This document shows positions 1 through 9,087 of a stretch of 24,765 nt of DNA, one piece after another. A program made the translations under genes and the position numbers. The DNA is from Bdellovibrionales bacterium (GTDB lineage Bacteria > Bdellovibrionota > Bdellovibrionia > Bdellovibrionales > JAMPXM01). The notes under the pieces are model-generated. The model ran no database searches and was not told the DNA's origin. It saw nothing but the letters and a program-made list of their open reading frames with translations. The stretch lies in contig JAYUEN010000002.1 of assembly GCA_043739185.1 (NCBI GenBank), forward strand, positions 1 through 24,765. Reading direction: 5' to 3'. Numbering within the stretch: position 1 is the stretch's first letter; the number at the start of each line of letters is the position of its first letter.

Positions 1-93
1 CTGTGGAAAACAAGAGCCTTGCCAAAGTTCTTAATTTTAAGGGCCGGAGGAATCGTTCTAAATTGTCGGTCGAAAATTGCCCAATGGGCGGAA

Positions 94-170
94 TGGTGAC
101 GACGGGCAGGATTGAACTGCCGACCTAGAGTTTAGGAAACTCTTGCTCTATCCAACTGAGCTACGTCGTC
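94..170 (-). tRNA. tRNA-Arg (anticodon CCT), 77 nt, CCA encoded
   Basis: The reverse complement folds as a cloverleaf: acceptor GACGACG/CGTCGTC, D arm GCTC-AGTTGGATA-GAGC (carries the A20 Arg identity base), anticodon arm AGAGT-TTCCTAA-ACTCT, T arm GGCAG-TTCAATC-CTGCC, 3' ACCA. Confidence 0.97.
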
Positions 171-256
171 TTGAGTTTTAAGAGGACGCTATTTTTCTAC
201 AACGGCTAGATGCTTAGATGCAAGCTTGGTGTTGCAATGAGTGGGGGTGAGGCGAA

Positions 257-496
257 TTACCGACCGGTTTCGAGTCTGTCTTGTACGATGCGGCTATTGT
301 TGGGAATGCGGATGTCATATAATTCAGCTTGGGATTGTGTTTGAAAATAAGGAAGATTGCTTTCAATTTGTTGTCGGGTTTGAATGAAAAAGCCTAAAAT
401 TGTCACCAAAGAGATGATGAAAAGCCAAAATTCCCACTCAATTCGATCGATCCGAATGAGTTTTGTTAGGAGATTGGGCTTTAAAAGCTTCGGCAT
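257..496 (-). CDS. Small hypothetical single-pass membrane protein (79 aa)
   Basis: The ORF track gives 257..526, but AAGGAG lies 6 nt upstream of the ATG at 496 (MPKLLK...), so I moved the start there. It has a basic N-terminus and one hydrophobic segment (FWLFIISLVTILGFFI). Confidence 0.65.
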   Translation of the reverse strand: MPKLLKPNLLTKLIRIDRIEWEFWLFIISLVTILGFFIQTRQQIESNLPYFQTQSQAELYDIRIPNNSRIVQDRLETGR

Positions 497-548
497 CGTT
501 TTCTCCTTAAGTTTAGTTCGTGGCAAGTGATGCCACGGGATTCTCTAA

Positions 549-564
549 TTCAATTAAGATGCCA
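549..564 (-). promoter_or_regulatory. Candidate sigma54 (-24/-12) promoter for the small membrane protein gene
   Basis: The minus strand reads TGGCAT-CTTAA-TTGAA, against the consensus TGGCAC-N5-TTGCW. Spacing is exact, but the -12 dinucleotide is GA instead of GC. It lies about 50 nt upstream of the ATG at 496. Confidence 0.45.
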
Positions 565-620
565 AACCTGTGAACTCAAAATAAACGCAAATGAACAAGC
601 TACACTTGTTGGAGAGGGTC

Positions 621-977
621 TTAATTGATTTTTTGCTTTTTAGCTTGGCGAAGTAAAGGAAATTGAACTTTCGAAAAGTTCTCATTTTCTTTAGCCACGG
701 GAGCTTTGGCTTCGGTTTTTTTTGAATGTTTCTTGCGATAACTTGATAGTTCGAGATGTCCATAAGTTTTTTTACGATACATTTCAAGAACTTCTTCTTT
801 GAGGTCCTCTTCAAGAGCCTTAATAAATTTGGGTGGAATGAATCCTTGAGTTTTGAGTGCAGTTATATAGGCCTCAACGACTCGATTGATCAATACAGAT
901 TCGGTATCGTCTCCGACAAGTGAGTTCTGCAGTTGTTGTTCAAAGATACTAAATAAAAGATCACGCTTTGGACGCAT
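621..977 (-). CDS. Hypothetical protein (118 aa), helical core with basic C-terminal tail
   Basis: Strong GGAGG ribosome-binding site 6 nt before the ATG and plausible composition. No family recognised. Confidence 0.8.
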   Translation of the reverse strand: MRPKRDLLFSIFEQQLQNSLVGDDTESVLINRVVEAYITALKTQGFIPPKFIKALEEDLKEEVLEMYRKKTYGHLELSSYRKKHSKKTEAKAPVAKENENFSKVQFPLLRQAKKQKIN

Positions 978-1016
978 GAGGTTCCTCCGAAATGAGAGCC
1001 AAGGCTTACCCCTACT

Positions 1017-1043
1017 TTTTCGGTGTCTTTGCGAAATAATTAA
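1017..1043 (-). promoter_or_regulatory. Candidate sigma28/FliA promoter for the 621..977 gene
   Basis: The minus strand reads TTAA-N16-CCGAAAA, which matches the spacing of the TAAA-N15-GCCGATAA consensus. Confidence 0.4.
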
Positions 1044-1081
1044 AGTACAGATCCAAATGTTTTTGGTTTAGGCTATGGCAT

Positions 1082-2398
1082 ATGAAGGGTTTAAACCAAA
1101 TTGAGCTTGAATTGCTCTGTGACGAGATTCAGACCTGGGTCGGGTCGCAACTACAAGAAATAGTCGCCAGTGAGAATCAAATTGCACTAGGATTCTATCA
1201 TGAGCGCCAAGTTCAATGGATGTTGTTTGATTTTGCGACACAGTCTCCGGTTTTTATTTTGCTGCCTGGCCAATATGTCAGACGCCTTAATAAGCAAACC
1301 AAACCATTAACGCTTTTTTTGCGCGCTCATTTTGAGGGAAAACGAATTTCAAAAATCGAATTAGGCAAAGACCAAGGTCGGGTCCTTAAAATATTTTTTC
1401 ACTCTGAAGCAAATGCTTCGGAGACAAACTCTCTTTATCTTGAAGTCATCTTATTTTCGTTTGCTAAAAATTTTCTGGCGATCTCAGGTGATAAAAAGAT
1501 TCACTTCTTTAAGCCAAAAGAAGTTGCACTTCAAAATCAAAACTCGACGACAAAGGCAGAGCTGAGCGCTCGAAGTTTTCACGCAATTGAAAGAGAATGG
1601 CTGATTGAGAAGGGCTTTTTGCAAGATGAGAATTTAAAGCTTCAGCCGACAGACATCGATGCAAAGCTCAATAAATTAATTCTCAAAAAATCAGTGGCAC
1701 TCGAAAAAATGCGCGCCGATATTTTAGAAAAAACTTCGAATCGGTGGAGTGAAGCGGGCGAATGGCTCAAACTTCATCAAAATTTGAAAGCTCCAACTGA
1801 GTTTACTAAACTTATCGATGCAGAAAAAAGCCTAAGCCAAAATATACTATTTTGTTTTTCAAATGCAAAGGAGCAAGAACGTAAACTCTCAGTAGCCAAG
1901 CTGCGTGCCGAGGAATTGCACTTTGAAATTGAAAAGCTTAAGAAAAGTTTGGATCAAGCAGATCATTTGAGGCGGCCACAAGCTCAGCCTCCCATTAAAA
2001 AAAGTTTTTTGCAAAAATTAGGAGCGCAGGCCAGAACATTAAAGCTTGACGAGAATTTACAAGCCTTTATTGGCAAATCTGCCAAAGACAATTTAGATAT
2101 ATTGCGTCGGGCACAAGCTTTTGATTTCTGGATGCACTTGCGGGATACGCCCAGTGCTCATGTCGTAATCAGGCGAACCCGTGACCGGCAAGTAAGTGAA
2201 TTGGAGTTTCGTAAAATTGCTCAGTGGCTTATAGCTGAAAATTTTGGCAAAAAAGCCAAAGAGAAAGCCGGAGAGAGCTTTGACCTTATTATTTGTGAAT
2301 GTCGCTTTGTCAAACCGATCAAGGGTGACAAGCTCGGACGAGTGCATTTTCAAAATGATCATACGCTACGAATTAAGTTCGATCCAAATATGCATTGA
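1082..2398 (+). CDS. NFACT family protein (RqcH/Rqc2/FbpA-like) with C-terminal NFACT-R (DUF814) domain
   Basis: N-terminal NFACT-N-like region (LFLRAHFEGKRISKIE...RVL), a coiled-coil middle, and NFACT-R motifs IGKSAKDNLDIL and DFWMHLRDTPSAHVVIR ... VKPIKGDKLGRV. Confidence 0.85.
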   Translation: MKGLNQIELELLCDEIQTWVGSQLQEIVASENQIALGFYHERQVQWMLFDFATQSPVFILLPGQYVRRLNKQTKPLTLFLRAHFEGKRISKIELGKDQGRVLKIFFHSEANASETNSLYLEVILFSFAKNFLAISGDKKIHFFKPKEVALQNQNSTTKAELSARSFHAIEREWLIEKGFLQDENLKLQPTDIDAKLNKLILKKSVALEKMRADILEKTSNRWSEAGEWLKLHQNLKAPTEFTKLIDAEKSLSQNILFCFSNAKEQERKLSVAKLRAEELHFEIEKLKKSLDQADHLRRPQAQPPIKKSFLQKLGAQARTLKLDENLQAFIGKSAKDNLDILRRAQAFDFWMHLRDTPSAHVVIRRTRDRQVSELEFRKIAQWLIAENFGKKAKEKAGESFDLIICECRFVKPIKGDKLGRVHFQNDHTLRIKFDPNMH

Positions 2399-2413
2399 GT
2401 CAGCACCTCGAGC

Positions 2414-2441
2414 TTGACACTAGACCAGGGGTGCATAGGAT
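2414..2441 (+). promoter_or_regulatory. Candidate sigma70 promoter for the ABC operon
   Basis: Perfect TTGACA (2414-2419), 16-nt spacer, TAGGAT (2436-2441), about 55 nt before the ATG at 2495. Confidence 0.5.
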
Positions 2442-2494
2442 TTTGACTTAGAGCTCTCAAACAGGCTCTCAGCTATTTTGTGAGGAGAAACATC

Positions 2495-3436
2495 ATGATT
2501 GAAGTGCAGGATTTGACGAAGACCTATGGTCAAAGAACAGCGATCAATAAATTAAATTTTTCAGTGAGCAAGGGCGAGGTCGTTGGCTTTTTGGGCCCTA
2601 ACGGCGCAGGTAAGACAACCACAATGAAAATCATTACCGGCTTTATGGCGCCGACTACGGGGTCGGTGCGAGTTGCGGGATATGATGTCTTTGAAAATCC
2701 AATTGAAGTGAAAAGACGCATTGGATATCTTCCTGAGACTCCACCAGTCTATGCGGATATGCGCGTGCGCGAATATCTAAAATTTGTTGCTCAACTAAAA
2801 GGTGTGGACGACTCAAAACTTACAAGCTTGGTCAATTCCGCAATTGAAAAAACTGATTTGGGCTCGGTTTCAAATCGACTCATCGGAAATTTATCAAAAG
2901 GTTACCGACAACGAGTCGGAATTTCGCAAGCACTGGTATCAGATCCCGAAATTTTAATTATGGATGAACCAACTGTAGGATTGGATCCCCGGCAAGTGGC
3001 AGAAATTCGAAATTTAATTAAAAGTCTTGCTGGTCAGCACACCATCTTGCTTTCAACTCATATTTTGCCCGAAGTTCAAGCCAGTTGTGAGCGCATCATC
3101 ATTATCAATCAAGGTATAATTGTTGCCGAAGATACTTTGGCCGGAATTGCGCAGCGAATGTCGGGTTCTGGTAAAATCATTGTGCGTGTTCAAACTTCTA
3201 GTGATCAACTTGTCACCGCACTTCGCAAAGTAAATGGTGTGAGAAAAGTAGAAGTGACAGCCAATAGTTCGCTTGAGATTGAAACCGACGGAAAAGACGG
3301 GGTCTCGCAACAGATTGCTTCACAAGTGGTGAGCAGCGGAGCGGGCTTGATTGAAATTCGAGCCGAAAATATGAATCTTGAAGATGTTTTCTTAAAGTTA
3401 ACATCGAAAGAAGAGCAACAAGGGGTCACAACATGA
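2495..3436 (+). CDS. ABC transporter ATP-binding protein (GldA-like, ABC-2 type)
   Basis: Walker A GPNGAGKTT, signature LSKGYRQR, Walker B ILIMDEP and H-loop STH. AGGAG upstream of the ATG at 2495 favours it over the track start at 2480. Confidence 0.95.
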   Translation: MIEVQDLTKTYGQRTAINKLNFSVSKGEVVGFLGPNGAGKTTTMKIITGFMAPTTGSVRVAGYDVFENPIEVKRRIGYLPETPPVYADMRVREYLKFVAQLKGVDDSKLTSLVNSAIEKTDLGSVSNRLIGNLSKGYRQRVGISQALVSDPEILIMDEPTVGLDPRQVAEIRNLIKSLAGQHTILLSTHILPEVQASCERIIIINQGIIVAEDTLAGIAQRMSGSGKIIVRVQTSSDQLVTALRKVNGVRKVEVTANSSLEIETDGKDGVSQQIASQVVSSGAGLIEIRAENMNLEDVFLKLTSKEEQQGVTT

Positions 3437-4206
3437 AAGCCATTTGGATCATTGCAAAAAAAGATGTGCGTTCGCTTTTAGCAAGCCCACTCTTTTACGT
3501 GATAACCGGAATCTGTAGTTTTTTTTGGTCACTTAAATTTGTCAAAGACCTCGGTGATTTTGCGGCTCACTCTGCCATGTCCTCAATGCAGGGTGGAGGC
3601 GAAGATGCTGGGCCCAATATCATGTATCAAGTTTTTGCTTCGCATCTGTCGTTTGTGAATTTTATTTTAATTTTAGCGGTAGCGGGCTTCACCATGAGGC
3701 TTTTTGCTGAAGAAACGCGGAATCGTACACTAGACCTCTTGCTCACCAGTCCGGTCACCAGCACGCAAATTACGATCGGAAAATTTTTAGGTGGACTCAT
3801 CGTCGCTTGGACTATGGTTGCAATTGCGGCGATTTATCCAATTTCAATAGCGCCGATAGCAAGTTTTGATTGGGGCCCTTTGGTGACTGCATATCTCGGG
3901 CTCTTTCTGACCGTGGGCTGCTATGTAGGTGTAGGCATGATGATGTCTTCATTTACCCAACACCCGGTTCTGGCCGTTATTTTCGGACTGATCGGAAATG
4001 TGATGCTTTGGTTTGTTGGTCTTTTTTTAGAAGGGGCCGAAGGACCTTTTTGGACGGGCGTTAAAGACCAAATGACTCTCGGCAATCACTTTTCAAACTT
4101 CATTAAGGGTGGAATCAATTTATCGAGTTTGGTTTATTTTATGAGCGTTATTTTTATTTGTGTATTCATCACTCAACGAGTTGTTGAGTCGCATCGCTGG
4201 AGATAG
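3433..4206 (+). CDS. ABC-2 type permease (GldF-like)
   Basis: About six hydrophobic segments and the motif TMRLFAEE..TLDLLLTSP....I..GKF. Overlaps the ATPase stop (ATGA). Confidence 0.92.
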   Translation: MKAIWIIAKKDVRSLLASPLFYVITGICSFFWSLKFVKDLGDFAAHSAMSSMQGGGEDAGPNIMYQVFASHLSFVNFILILAVAGFTMRLFAEETRNRTLDLLLTSPVTSTQITIGKFLGGLIVAWTMVAIAAIYPISIAPIASFDWGPLVTAYLGLFLTVGCYVGVGMMMSSFTQHPVLAVIFGLIGNVMLWFVGLFLEGAEGPFWTGVKDQMTLGNHFSNFIKGGINLSSLVYFMSVIFICVFITQRVVESHRWR

Positions 4207-4209
4207 ATT

Positions 4210-5721
4210 ATGAGTAAACTTTCAAGAATTTGTTTAGGCGTTGGAATTTTATTTTTAATAGTCGCAGGTATCGCACGCATTATTTTAGCGACCATGCATC
4301 CCGCTTTGTACGGCCCGTTGGTTTTAGGTGTGCTTGCAATTTTATCTATTTTTGCTATCGACTATAAATTTTTCTACGAATTCTTTACGCTGAAGACTAC
4401 CAAACATGGCATGAATATGGGCTGGCTCATCGTAATGGCATTGGTAAGTGTTTTTATAGTTAATTTTTTGTCGGTACGATTTGAGAAAAAATGGGATCTG
4501 ACCAAAGAAGGCTTGAATTCTTTAAGTGAGCAAAGCACTAAGATTCTTACGACCTTGAAGGCCCCGGTACATTTCATTTTGCTTTACTCCAAACAAGAGC
4601 AAGCAGAAATGAATAAAAAGCGCGTGGCCGACTTTATTCAACTTTATCATGAAAAAAGTACGAATGTTGTTTTTGAATCCTATTCGGCGCTAAATCGGCC
4701 GGACTTGGCGGCAAAGTATGATTTTAAGAGTGGTGAAATCGGTTTGTTCGCTGAATATCAAGATCGACATTTGAAAATTGAGAATGTCTCTGAAGAAGGG
4801 ATCACCAAAATCCTTTTAAAACTGACGCGAGATCAAGCGACCCGAAAAAACATTTATTTTACCATTGGTCATGGCGAAAGAGATATTCAAGGTGAGAAGC
4901 CTGAAAATGTTTCGAATTTTAAAACCGATTTAGAGACGACATACAATGTTAAAACTCTGAAGCTGATTGAGTCCGACATCCCTGCCGATGCATCAGCCGT
5001 TATAGTTTTAGGCCCAAATCAAATATTTTTACCTGCCGAAATCGAGAAAATAAAAAAATATACGGCAACAGGGGGGCATCTTTTTATAGCGGCAGATCCT
5101 GGTGAGAAACACAATATTGCCGAAATTGATAAAATCTTTGGGGTCATATTTCAAGGAAACTATGTTTTAGATACGCGCGTACAGCTCAGTCAAGTAGGAC
5201 CTATTATCGCTCTTGGTAGCACGCACTCCAAAACCAGCGATATTACAAAGTCGGTAGCTGATCAGTTATTTTTGCTTGCAAGTGCTCTTTCGAAAGCCGG
5301 CGATGCGCCCGCTGATTTTAAGTTTGAAGAATTGGTGCAAACCGGCTCAACCACACAGGCTGTAGACAAACTTGAGAAATCCCCGAAGGTAACTTCAACC
5401 GGTCCGCATACGATTGTCATGCAGGTCAGCGGAAAAATGCCGGGAGCAGAAAAGGAATTTGCGGCGATATTTGCTGGTGACAGTGATTTCTTGTCGAATC
5501 AGCTTTATGCTCAGTACGGTGATCGTGATTTAGCTTTGAATGCAATTTCATTTTTAGCCAAAGATGAAGATTTAATTGCGATTCATCCGAAGACGCCGCG
5601 TGCGACCAAGCTCAATGTATTATCTTCTTATAAAAACTATTTAGCCGTATTTCTCATACTCTCTCCACTCATTATGTTGATGTCGAGTGGGGTCATCTGG
5701 TGGAGAAGGCGGACGGCATGA
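4210..5721 (+). CDS. GldG-like ABC transporter auxiliary/periplasmic component
   Basis: N-terminal TM helices, motifs WDLT....SLSEQS, IYFTIGHGE and GDSDFLSN, and a C-terminal TM ending in WWRRR. Confidence 0.9.
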   Translation: MSKLSRICLGVGILFLIVAGIARIILATMHPALYGPLVLGVLAILSIFAIDYKFFYEFFTLKTTKHGMNMGWLIVMALVSVFIVNFLSVRFEKKWDLTKEGLNSLSEQSTKILTTLKAPVHFILLYSKQEQAEMNKKRVADFIQLYHEKSTNVVFESYSALNRPDLAAKYDFKSGEIGLFAEYQDRHLKIENVSEEGITKILLKLTRDQATRKNIYFTIGHGERDIQGEKPENVSNFKTDLETTYNVKTLKLIESDIPADASAVIVLGPNQIFLPAEIEKIKKYTATGGHLFIAADPGEKHNIAEIDKIFGVIFQGNYVLDTRVQLSQVGPIIALGSTHSKTSDITKSVADQLFLLASALSKAGDAPADFKFEELVQTGSTTQAVDKLEKSPKVTSTGPHTIVMQVSGKMPGAEKEFAAIFAGDSDFLSNQLYAQYGDRDLALNAISFLAKDEDLIAIHPKTPRATKLNVLSSYKNYLAVFLILSPLIMLMSSGVIWWRRRTA

Positions 5722-7268
5722 AGTCCTTTCGAGGTACTATTTTATTTACTGTGATTGTGATCGGTGCCGGTCTGTATTCTTATTTTCAAGTTTTTAAAAA
5801 GGGCAATGAAGAGTCCGAACAAAAAGAAAAGAGCTCTCAAGTCTTTAAGCTAAAGGCCGAAGAGATCTCGCGGATTGAACTTCACAATCTTGAGCAAATT
5901 ATAATTTTGCAAAGAGATAAAGAGAATTGGTCGATTGAAAAGCCTTTGGCAGATAAGGCCGACGCCACTCAGGTCAAAAATTTTCTGGATACGGTCTTGC
6001 GTGAAAAATCAACGGATGTGGTTGAAGAAGGCGAAAAGCTCAATTTGAAAACCTATGGGCTTGACACACCAGCCTTTCAACTAAAGCTCACAGGTGTTCA
6101 AGCTAGCTCAAAAGCTCCGTCTTTAACTGAAGATGTAAGTTTTGGTTCAGTGAAGGCTTATGATGGTAGCGTTTATATTCGCTTTGGTCTTGAGAACAAA
6201 GTTATCTTAGCGCCTAGTTATTTCAATTCTGTACTCAATAAAAAAGCTGACGATTTCAGAAATAAGAATTTATTCACTTCTGGCATAGGAGAGATCGACC
6301 ATTTTAAAATAGTGGGTAAAGAGAAGCTTGAACTAAAAAGAGATCAAACTAGTTGGACTATGCTAGAGCCTAAGAATTATTTTGCGCCCACTTCGGGCGA
6401 TAATGTTCAATCTTTTTTGGATTTGGTCCGAAATATAAAAGGCACCGAAATCGTCTCAGATAGTAAGGTCGATGCGGCCATTCTTAAAAAATATCATTTA
6501 GACAAGCCAGCTCTGACCTTAAGCTTGCATCGGGCGCAAGCGCCTCAAGACTATGAACTAAAGATTTCGGATCCCAAAGCTGATAAAGATCAAAATATCT
6601 ATTTGATGGGAACGGATGCGACCAGTATTTTAAAGGGAGTTCAGTCTAATTTAGATACCTTAAATAAACAGGCATTCGATTTTACTAATAAGCATCAGGC
6701 CTTTACTTTCAGTACTCTTGACCTTGTCCATTTGAAGATTTCGACTACTCATTTTAATGCACAAATTGATCGGGTCGGAAACGCCTGGAAGAACGTGATT
6801 GAATCTGAAAAGCGAGTACTAGACGGCGTTAAAGTTGACGAACTGATTAGTAAATTTAGTCATCTAGAAGCCAAAGGCCTTGCCAAAACTAGTTCGGCCG
6901 CTTTTAAGAATGAAATTGCGGCTTTAGATTCTAATAACAAGACGCTCTTTAATATGAGTTGGAGCGAGCCCTTTGAAGACGAGAAATCAAAATCTCCTAA
7001 ACACTCAGAAAAGGCTGTGCCAAAGGGATCGAAAGATTCAACCACAATGGTTTATGTTAAAACCAGTAAGCTAAAAGAAATATTGGTCCTACCTCTTGCA
7101 CAAATTGAAAATTTAGCAATTAAAAGTGTTTTTAAAAATCCAGATCCAATTCAATTTTCAGGTGCGCCGCCGAAAGATAAAAATGAGTCTTCGAAAATAG
7201 ATAGGCCTACAGCCGCTGCCCTTGATCAGAATGTGCCAATATTAAACGAAAAAGAGAAAATAAAATAA
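5718..7268 (+). CDS. DUF4340-domain membrane-anchored periplasmic protein
   Basis: N-terminal anchor and two to three copies of the W....P....AD...V..FL / YGL..P pattern. It sits in the usual position after GldG. ATGA overlap at 5718-5721 sets the start. Confidence 0.8.
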   Translation: MKSFRGTILFTVIVIGAGLYSYFQVFKKGNEESEQKEKSSQVFKLKAEEISRIELHNLEQIIILQRDKENWSIEKPLADKADATQVKNFLDTVLREKSTDVVEEGEKLNLKTYGLDTPAFQLKLTGVQASSKAPSLTEDVSFGSVKAYDGSVYIRFGLENKVILAPSYFNSVLNKKADDFRNKNLFTSGIGEIDHFKIVGKEKLELKRDQTSWTMLEPKNYFAPTSGDNVQSFLDLVRNIKGTEIVSDSKVDAAILKKYHLDKPALTLSLHRAQAPQDYELKISDPKADKDQNIYLMGTDATSILKGVQSNLDTLNKQAFDFTNKHQAFTFSTLDLVHLKISTTHFNAQIDRVGNAWKNVIESEKRVLDGVKVDELISKFSHLEAKGLAKTSSAAFKNEIAALDSNNKTLFNMSWSEPFEDEKSKSPKHSEKAVPKGSKDSTTMVYVKTSKLKEILVLPLAQIENLAIKSVFKNPDPIQFSGAPPKDKNESSKIDRPTAAALDQNVPILNEKEKIK

Positions 7269-8263
7269 TGCTGTTCGAATGTGTAGAGAGTTCACCAACG
7301 CGAGTTGATTTAGCCGGAGGCACTTTAGATTTCTGGCCAATTTATTTGATGTTAGATCATCCCCAAACTATCAATGTGGCCATTGATGTTTTCACGCATT
7401 GTCGCCTGAAAGAGCGCGCGGACAGCAGAGTCCTAGTTTATTCAAAAGACTTAAAGAAAAAGCGAGAGTTTGCCAATTTAGCGGCTTTTATTGAAGATTC
7501 AGATCCCGATCTCGATCTTATCAAAGCGCAGGCTGAGTTTTTCAATCCGAGCAAGGGTTTTGAAATTGAAACTGAATCAGAAAGCCCAATTGGTGGCGGC
7601 CTTGGCGGAAGTTCTTCGCTTTGTATTTCGATGATAAAGGTTTTTTCAAAGTGGTTGGGGCGAAATTTCGAAGTCGAGCAAATGGTGACGCTCGCCCATA
7701 ATCTTGAAGCCAAAGTTTTGAAAAAAATGACCGGTACCCAAGATTATTTTCCGGCAATATTGGGAGATATTAATGTCATTGATTATACGAGCCTTGGTCC
7801 CAAAGTAAGGGTGCTGCCTGTCGATATGGATTTATTTAAGAAGAAATTCTTGCTCGTCTATACCGGTAAGTCTCATCATTCCGGAATCAATAACTGGCAT
7901 GTCATTAAGCAATTTATTGAAGGAGACCCCCAAATCAAACAAGCCTTTGCAAAGCTGGGACGGGTTTCTCACGAAGTCGTAAAAGTTATGATTGATAAGA
8001 AATATTCACAACTACCTGAGCTCTTTATGCAGGAATTTGAAGCGCGCTGTGAGCTTTCGCAGGAATTTTCAAGCCCTGAAATTGAAAAATTATCACAGTT
8101 GGCTAAACGCCATCATGCAGTAGCAAAAATATGCGGAGCTGGCGGCGGCGGCTGTGTCATGATTTGGTGCGAAGATGAAAATCGCCTGCAAGTAAAATTA
8201 GATTGTGAGAAAAGCGGCTTTCAAGTTTTAGAGGCCAAGGTTTTTTCATTTGGATCTTCATGA
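7268..8263 (+). CDS. GHMP-family sugar kinase (HddA/heptose-7-phosphate kinase-like subgroup; substrate unknown)
   Basis: Motifs SPTRVDLAGGTLD, ATP loop PIGGGLGGSSS, GTQD and KICGAGGGGC. TAATG overlap with the upstream gene. Confidence 0.88.
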   Translation: MLFECVESSPTRVDLAGGTLDFWPIYLMLDHPQTINVAIDVFTHCRLKERADSRVLVYSKDLKKKREFANLAAFIEDSDPDLDLIKAQAEFFNPSKGFEIETESESPIGGGLGGSSSLCISMIKVFSKWLGRNFEVEQMVTLAHNLEAKVLKKMTGTQDYFPAILGDINVIDYTSLGPKVRVLPVDMDLFKKKFLLVYTGKSHHSGINNWHVIKQFIEGDPQIKQAFAKLGRVSHEVVKVMIDKKYSQLPELFMQEFEARCELSQEFSSPEIEKLSQLAKRHHAVAKICGAGGGGCVMIWCEDENRLQVKLDCEKSGFQVLEAKVFSFGSS

Positions 8264-9087
8264 AAGAAAATTTAGAGGTCTTAAGATTTGCCGGAGTTTC
8301 TTTGGGTGGTGGCAAGACAGATAAAACGGCAGTTGCCCAAATTGAATACTTTGCTAGTCAAAAGCGACTCTTCCTGCGAAGCCTCTATACCAATGTGACC
8401 GCACTTGAAGAAAAATCATCAGATTTGGTTTTATACGATTTATTAACCGAATATAAATTTAAATATATTGCGGTGGATGCGCCCCTGCAACTTCCTCTGT
8501 GTATGACCTGCACACTTAAATGCCCTGGCTTTGAAAAATGCAAACAACCTCATATTAAGTGGATGTGGGAATTTCATAAGAAGCGCGAAAAGATAAAGCG
8601 CCCCAATAAATTTTTTACACCTTATACCGAACGCTGTTCAGAAATGTATATCAGCAGCGCACTTGAAGAGAATTTTTTTCCTTCTCATGCCTTGGGGGCA
8701 AATGCGGCACCGCTCACAGCCCGAGCATTCTTTTTAAAAAGACGTCTTAAAAAATTAGCTTTTCTTGAGACTTTCCCCAAGCTTTCATTGTGGAGATTGG
8801 GTAACAGCCTTGATATTCCAAAAACCTATTTGAGATTTCATCGTCATAGTGTGGATGGCGATGAAGCTCGATACTACATTCTTTCTCGGATCGTTGAATT
8901 GAATATTGCTTTTATTTATCAACAGGACTTAAGAGCGATGGTTGAAAACCCACAGGCATTTGATGCCTTTATTGGCGCTCTAACGGCATATTTGAAATTT
9001 CGCGGGGAGTGTGAGAAAGCGCCAAAAGACTTTCCCAAGAGCGAAGCTTGGGTTGAAATACCCAAGCAAAAAATCACTTGGTTTTAA
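8260..9087 (+). CDS. DUF429 family (RNase H-like fold) protein with Cys-rich insert
   Basis: Motifs FAGVSLGG....TAVA, IAVDAPL..P, LETFP and FDAFIGALTA, plus a C-x2-C-x3-C-x5-C insert. ATGA overlap with the kinase. Confidence 0.7.
   Translation: MKENLEVLRFAGVSLGGGKTDKTAVAQIEYFASQKRLFLRSLYTNVTALEEKSSDLVLYDLLTEYKFKYIAVDAPLQLPLCMTCTLKCPGFEKCKQPHIKWMWEFHKKREKIKRPNKFFTPYTERCSEMYISSALEENFFPSHALGANAAPLTARAFFLKRRLKKLAFLETFPKLSLWRLGNSLDIPKTYLRFHRHSVDGDEARYYILSRIVELNIAFIYQQDLRAMVENPQAFDAFIGALTAYLKFRGECEKAPKDFPKSEAWVEIPKQKITWF

Noticed and set aside
1..110. tRNA-Arg 3' end as the attachment site of an integrated element
   Set aside because: No integrase and no duplicate of the tRNA 3' end are visible, and only 93 nt of downstream flank are in the window. 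The short GCCCA-A-TGGGC palindrome (79-89) is too weak to call a terminator.
554..1071. ORFs 554..814 (-) and 886..1071 (+)
   Set aside because: They overlap the better-supported 621..977 gene in other frames and lack an RBS or any recognisable motif.
2495..5721. Assigning gldA/gldF/gldG symbols and a gliding function
   Set aside because: The family resemblance is clear, but such cassettes are widespread outside Bacteroidota gliding systems. Function cannot be inferred from the sequence alone.
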